Below are positions 59,957 through 64,000 of a stretch of 64,000 nucleotides of DNA, in pieces (position 1 is the first letter of the stretch; the number at the start of each line of letters is the position of its first letter). The notes under the pieces were generated by a model. That model ran no database searches, was not told where the DNA came from, and saw only the letters and a list, made by a program, of their open reading frames with translations. Origin of the DNA: Eremomyces bilateralis CBS 781.70 (taxonomy: Eukaryota); assembly GCA_010015585.1 (NCBI GenBank), contig ML975169.1; one strand, 5' to 3'. Both the position numbers and the translations under genes were made by a program.

Positions 59957-62077
59957 ATGCTCTGTCAAAATTGCGAGATATCAATCACAGCCGCTTCTGA
60001 ACGGCTGAAACCTGCTGTTTCGGCGGAAAGAGTTCATCAGAAAGCAAACCCACTCCAATATTCACCTTCTACTACATGTAGTTTCTCCCGGTCAGCAAAA
60101 GAAGGGTGCTACATCTGTAAGCAGATCTGGAACTCACTACTGGATGGTAAAGATGATTTCTCCGATGACCTTGATGACTCGGAATTCTACTCTGGCTTTC
60201 CGGCGGAATGGAAGACTTTCGGGGAATGGTGGACTGGTGGAAACTCGACAATCTACTTCGAAATGCGCAGTTTAGAAGGCTATGTTGACCTGTCATTGAC
60301 AGCGAGGAGTCCAGCCCGGAGTATCAATTTTGTTCTTGCACCAATACCGACAAACGGAATACACACGGCCTCGTCTATAGAGCCGCCCGTCCGCGGGGCG
60401 ACCATTTCAGCACCGGGAACACTCGATTTGTGCATTCACTGGTTTCGAACCTGCTCAGCGTCCCATACCAAGTGCCGTAAACTAGAACTCGAATTACAAT
60501 CCTTTACGCCCAAAAGATTGGTTGAAATAGCTACTGAGGATGATGGACATTCTTTCAGGTGGAGGATCGTTTGTCCCGCCGATATTGGAAATATCCCTTA
60601 CTTCACACTGAGCCATTGCTGGGGCACGTCTCAGCGCACATGCCTAATGAGCAATGCCTTCCGCGCGTTTGCAGACTTTACTTCGTTTTCTGGCCTACCG
60701 AAAACCTATCAGCATGCCTTTCTTGTCACTTTTTCGCTAGGATACCGGTTCATTTGGATCGACTCGCTCTGTATCGTCCAAGACGATGAGGAAGACTGGA
60801 AGGCTCAAGCTTCGATGATGAGCTCGGTCTATAAAGGTGCCTGCTGTAATATCGCTGCGACATGGGCTCCAAACGGAGATTGGGGCTGTTTTATTCCGAC
60901 AAGAGCATCACCTTTGATTACATTGGATCTCGGGCTTGGCCAGGCTATAGCATATAAGGTTTCACTGGCAGCATCCAACCAGTATTACGACGATCTAGTA
61001 GAGGCCCCGCTTAACCAACGCGCCTGGGTTGTTCAAGAGCGATACCTAGCAAGGAAGCAGTTAAGCTTTACCAGGAGTGGAGCATATTGGGAATGCCACG
61101 AGCTAGTCGCCTCGGAACAATTTCCCACCGGTGTCCCTAAGGAATCGCGCGACTTTCGTCCTTATAGCCACGCCGGGCCACCCACCGGCAAACCCACCGT
61201 GAATCTCGACGACCCCATCACTCTTCAAGCTGCCTGGGTAGCGCTGGTGGACTTCTACTCGGGTTGTCAGCTGACTAAGCTCTCTGATAAGACGGTGGCA
61301 CTCGCGGGCCTGGCAGAGGAGGTAAGGAGAGCTATGGAAGATGAGTACCTTGCGGGACTTTGGAAGAAAGACCTCGTAAAACAATTATGCTGGGCGACGG
61401 ATTTTGATGTTCGAAGAAGAGCTAAGCGACTCCGGATACCAACTTTCGTAGCACCCACCTGGTCTTGGATGAGTGTGGACGGACCAGTTATGACTGACTT
61501 ACGGTACCGCTTCCAAGAGGAAGATGTGTCCTGCACAGAGGTCCTCGACGTCTCGATTCAGCCGAACCACGGGCTACACAGCTTTACATCATCCAAGTTA
61601 GTCCTGCGAGGAATAGCGCTGTTCGCTCAAGCTGTGCCGCCCGGCAGTTCAGTCCACCAAGAGGACGATGATGACTGGGAATTTCGATTTACCGATCTCC
61701 CTGAGGTCGGTCAACCCTGTATGGATAAAGCGGCAAGCACCAAGGTAAGCATTATGTGGGACGAGAACTTGCCCTGCCCCGAGTCAGGACCTGAAAGACG
61801 GGCAAGTTTCCTTCAAGAGCGCCAGTCCAAGCTTCTATGCATGTTGGTCTCTATTAACGAGGGTATACCTGGCGGCTTGATTCTTAGAAGACTGTCCGAT
61901 GCAACAGATGGGGTCAAGTATGTTAGAATGGGCATATTTAGCGAATGTCGCGGCTTCCTCGACTTTTTGTGCGCAAGGCTCAATCTTCCGCCTGGGGAAA
62001 CCAAGGACAAGGACATACATGTAGATTTTGTTGACAATAGGTTGGCGGATGTTGTCCATACTGTGACTGTTGTTTAG
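59957..62077 (+). CDS. HET-domain heterokaryon incompatibility protein
   Basis: Intact 706-aa ORF with PKRLV, YFTLSHCWG, IWIDSLCIVQDDEEDW, PLNQRAWVVQERYLA, YLAGLW and APTWSW motifs. Confidence 0.93.
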   Translation: MLCQNCEISITAASERLKPAVSAERVHQKANPLQYSPSTTCSFSRSAKEGCYICKQIWNSLLDGKDDFSDDLDDSEFYSGFPAEWKTFGEWWTGGNSTIYFEMRSLEGYVDLSLTARSPARSINFVLAPIPTNGIHTASSIEPPVRGATISAPGTLDLCIHWFRTCSASHTKCRKLELELQSFTPKRLVEIATEDDGHSFRWRIVCPADIGNIPYFTLSHCWGTSQRTCLMSNAFRAFADFTSFSGLPKTYQHAFLVTFSLGYRFIWIDSLCIVQDDEEDWKAQASMMSSVYKGACCNIAATWAPNGDWGCFIPTRASPLITLDLGLGQAIAYKVSLAASNQYYDDLVEAPLNQRAWVVQERYLARKQLSFTRSGAYWECHELVASEQFPTGVPKESRDFRPYSHAGPPTGKPTVNLDDPITLQAAWVALVDFYSGCQLTKLSDKTVALAGLAEEVRRAMEDEYLAGLWKKDLVKQLCWATDFDVRRRAKRLRIPTFVAPTWSWMSVDGPVMTDLRYRFQEEDVSCTEVLDVSIQPNHGLHSFTSSKLVLRGIALFAQAVPPGSSVHQEDDDDWEFRFTDLPEVGQPCMDKAASTKVSIMWDENLPCPESGPERRASFLQERQSKLLCMLVSINEGIPGGLILRRLSDATDGVKYVRMGIFSECRGFLDFLCARLNLPPGETKDKDIHVDFVDNRLADVVHTVTVV

Positions 62078-62469
62078 CACAGGGAATATGTAACAGGGCT
62101 ACCGGAAAGGTAGAAGGAAAAGATAATCACGAAGAGGACAAACATTCTGTTCTCAAGTGGACCGATCCCTGTCCCGTCAAGCCACGCTCGAGTCGAAACG
62201 TTTTTATAGCGGCATTTCCCATCTTACTCTCTGGTTTGGAATATTGTATTGGCCTTGATTTTCAGCCAACAATCAGTCTCAATTTCATGGATTTGTTCTT
62301 ACTTCAAGACGGGTATATATATGGAGAGGTGTTGAGGGGTTCAGATAATGCGATCCGGCCAATTCATGATGTGTACCGGAATGCCTCTCTTTCCATACTC
62401 AAGAGATGCTAGTCTAACTAACTTTTCGAATCTCTTATCTGGCTGTTGGTCGTCTGATCTTCCGGTCTT

Positions 62470-62620
62470 CTACCAACAAAAAACTCTTCGCTCGGATTGA
62501 GCTCTGGTGAAGAGATGGGAAGGTAACTAAGCTTGAGTCCTGATTCGAAGCACGTCACCGTAACAAGTGAGGCTAAAGGAAGGTTGTCCATGATAAAGAA
62601 CTGGCTTCGGAGTTGCACTG
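62470..62620 (-). mobile_element. Tc1/IS630-type DDE transposase remnant
   Basis: IMDN...GLKLSYLPISSPELNPSEEFF resembles the Tc1-like IMDNASFH...LPPYSPDLNPIE motif; degenerate. Confidence 0.7.
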
Positions 62621-62911
62621 TCGAAGGTTCAGAACCACGCTACAATCGAAGAGTTCGTTAGTCGCTTCGGGGAGGCACGCATGTAGTACGCGTACGTAGA
62701 GAAGGAGTCGTTTATATAGCACGATGTTAGAGCTGAGCTCTTTTAGAAATGGTTCTACCACTAATTGAATCGACCAGGCTATCCCGTAAGTAGCGTCGGA
62801 TGTTTCCTGGTCTCGAATGCGTCTATCTATACCAGTAAACGGAGCTGGTAGTTATTTGTAATCGTGCTATAAGGCGCTAATCTAAAACAGTAAGCCTCTT
62901 TCCCTTTCAAG

Positions 62912-64000
62912 GTCAAGAAGCCGATAAAGCTGAAAGGCTCCAAAAGGAAATGAACGGTTAGTGTCAGCCTCTATTCAGATGTCCATCCGAACTTTGATTG
63001 TTAACGCGCCACAGCCTGTCTCGGCTCCCTGTGCTTTGGCGACATCCACGCTCGGCGGCAAGACATAGCCGCCGCCCATCCAAATACATGTGACTGGCTT
63101 TTTACTACGACTGAATACAAGAAATGGTGGGACCGTACCGACCTACAAAGTCATAACGGAGTTCTTTGGATCAAGGGCAAGCCGGGAGCGGGAAAGTCGA
63201 CGTTGATGAAGCACACTTTAGGCCATCTCGAAAAGACTTCCGTCAACAACTTGGTCATAGCGTATTTCTTCAACGCTCGAGGCGGTATTTTCGAGAAGAC
63301 TCCTCTCGGCATGCTTCGATCGATTGTCCACCAGCTCGTTGATAAAGAAGCTATGCTATACGAGAATTTCGCCTCTATCTTTCGCGAGAGGCAGAGAATA
63401 CACACAGGAGATTGGGAGTGGCGACAGTCAGAACTGAAGGAGTTTATACTCTCAGAAATCAGGCAGTGGAAGTCGAAGCCACTCGTGCTTCTCGTTGACG
63501 CGCTAGACGAGTGCAACGAGGTAGATGTGTGGGACGTAGTTGGTTTTCTGGAGTTGCTAAGCATCTATGCCGTTAGATTTGGTGCTCCTCTAAGGATTTG
63601 TCTCTCGAGTCGTCACTATCCTAGTGTTAGAGTGAAGAGGAGTCTTGAGTTGACGGTGGAGAAGAGTGAAAATCACCAAGAAGATATAGCGAGATATATC
63701 AAGGAAAGACTGACGAAAGAGGACGACGACGATATAGAGGATTTGGAAGATATCGAGGATGAGATCGGGAGAAGAGCAAACGGGATTTTCATGTGGGTTG
63801 CCATTGTAGTCTCTCTACTTAACAAGGCCTACTATGAGGGCCGCATGGAAGTCATGCGCAAGACATTAGAGGAAGTACCGAACGATCTCGAGGAGGTGTT
63901 CGACAACCTCTTGAGAAAAGATGGTGGAAACAAGGCCGAGACAATACTCATGCTTCAATGGGTGCTGCTCTGTCAGCGGCTGCTGAAGCCTGAAGAGCTC
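62912..64000 (+). CDS. NACHT-domain NLR, 5' part (intron 62957-63014); runs off the right edge; first exon uncertain (possibly 62749-62785)
   Basis: Open from 63015 to the window end: CLGSLCF...RRQDIAAAHPNTCDWL, Walker A VLWIKGKPGAGKSTLMK, Walker B LLVDALDEC, ICLSSRHY and ANGIFMWV. Confidence 0.9.

Noticed and set aside
62700..62956. Amyloid motif at the N-terminus of the second NLR
   Set aside because: The plus-strand frames I translated show no N/Q/G-rich motif resembling the PNP_UDP tail.
1..64000. tRNA, rRNA, CRISPR arrays or telomeric repeats
   Set aside because: A few GGTTCRA strings lack cloverleaf context, and no repeat-spacer arrays or TTAGGG tracts were seen. This was checked by eye only.

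Overview
Genomic DNA from a filamentous ascomycete (Pezizomycotina): intron-containing genes with GT-AG introns and CTAAC/CTGAC-type branch sites. Bases 1 to ~53 kb are mostly conserved single-copy genes: Myb-like fragment, typical 2-Cys peroxiredoxin, ELP6, CENP-O, acetyl-CoA transporter, CAB2, VPS62-like, FHA/SLMAP, archaemetzincin, DUF4246, WLM protease, MARVEL, yapsin, acyltransferase, a HET protein, an AzgA-like permease and a methyltransferase-like gene with a 938-nt intron. A hAT transposon at ~26.3-28.7 kb interrupts this block and is strikingly enriched in the palindrome TCGTACGA. The last ~10 kb (53.8-64 kb) is a non-self-recognition / cell-death island: decayed TPR-CHAT protease, HNH nuclease remnant, intact stand-alone PNP_UDP effector, second PNP_UDP remnant, decayed NACHT NLR, intact HET gene, Tc1-like remnant and a second NACHT NLR. 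Main finding: the PNP_UDP protein ends in a short N/Q/G-rich motif (WNNQDSKIAEQVGTKTVYGNQSITL*). The divergent neighbouring NLR starts with a small exon, absent from the ORF track, encoding an ungapped match (FTNEGGGVRVQAGQNIVYVDFNV). This is the layout of a two-component NLR-to-effector amyloid signalling system, possibly with an uncatalogued motif, whose receptor half has decayed here. All family calls come from motif recognition by eye; no database searches were run.
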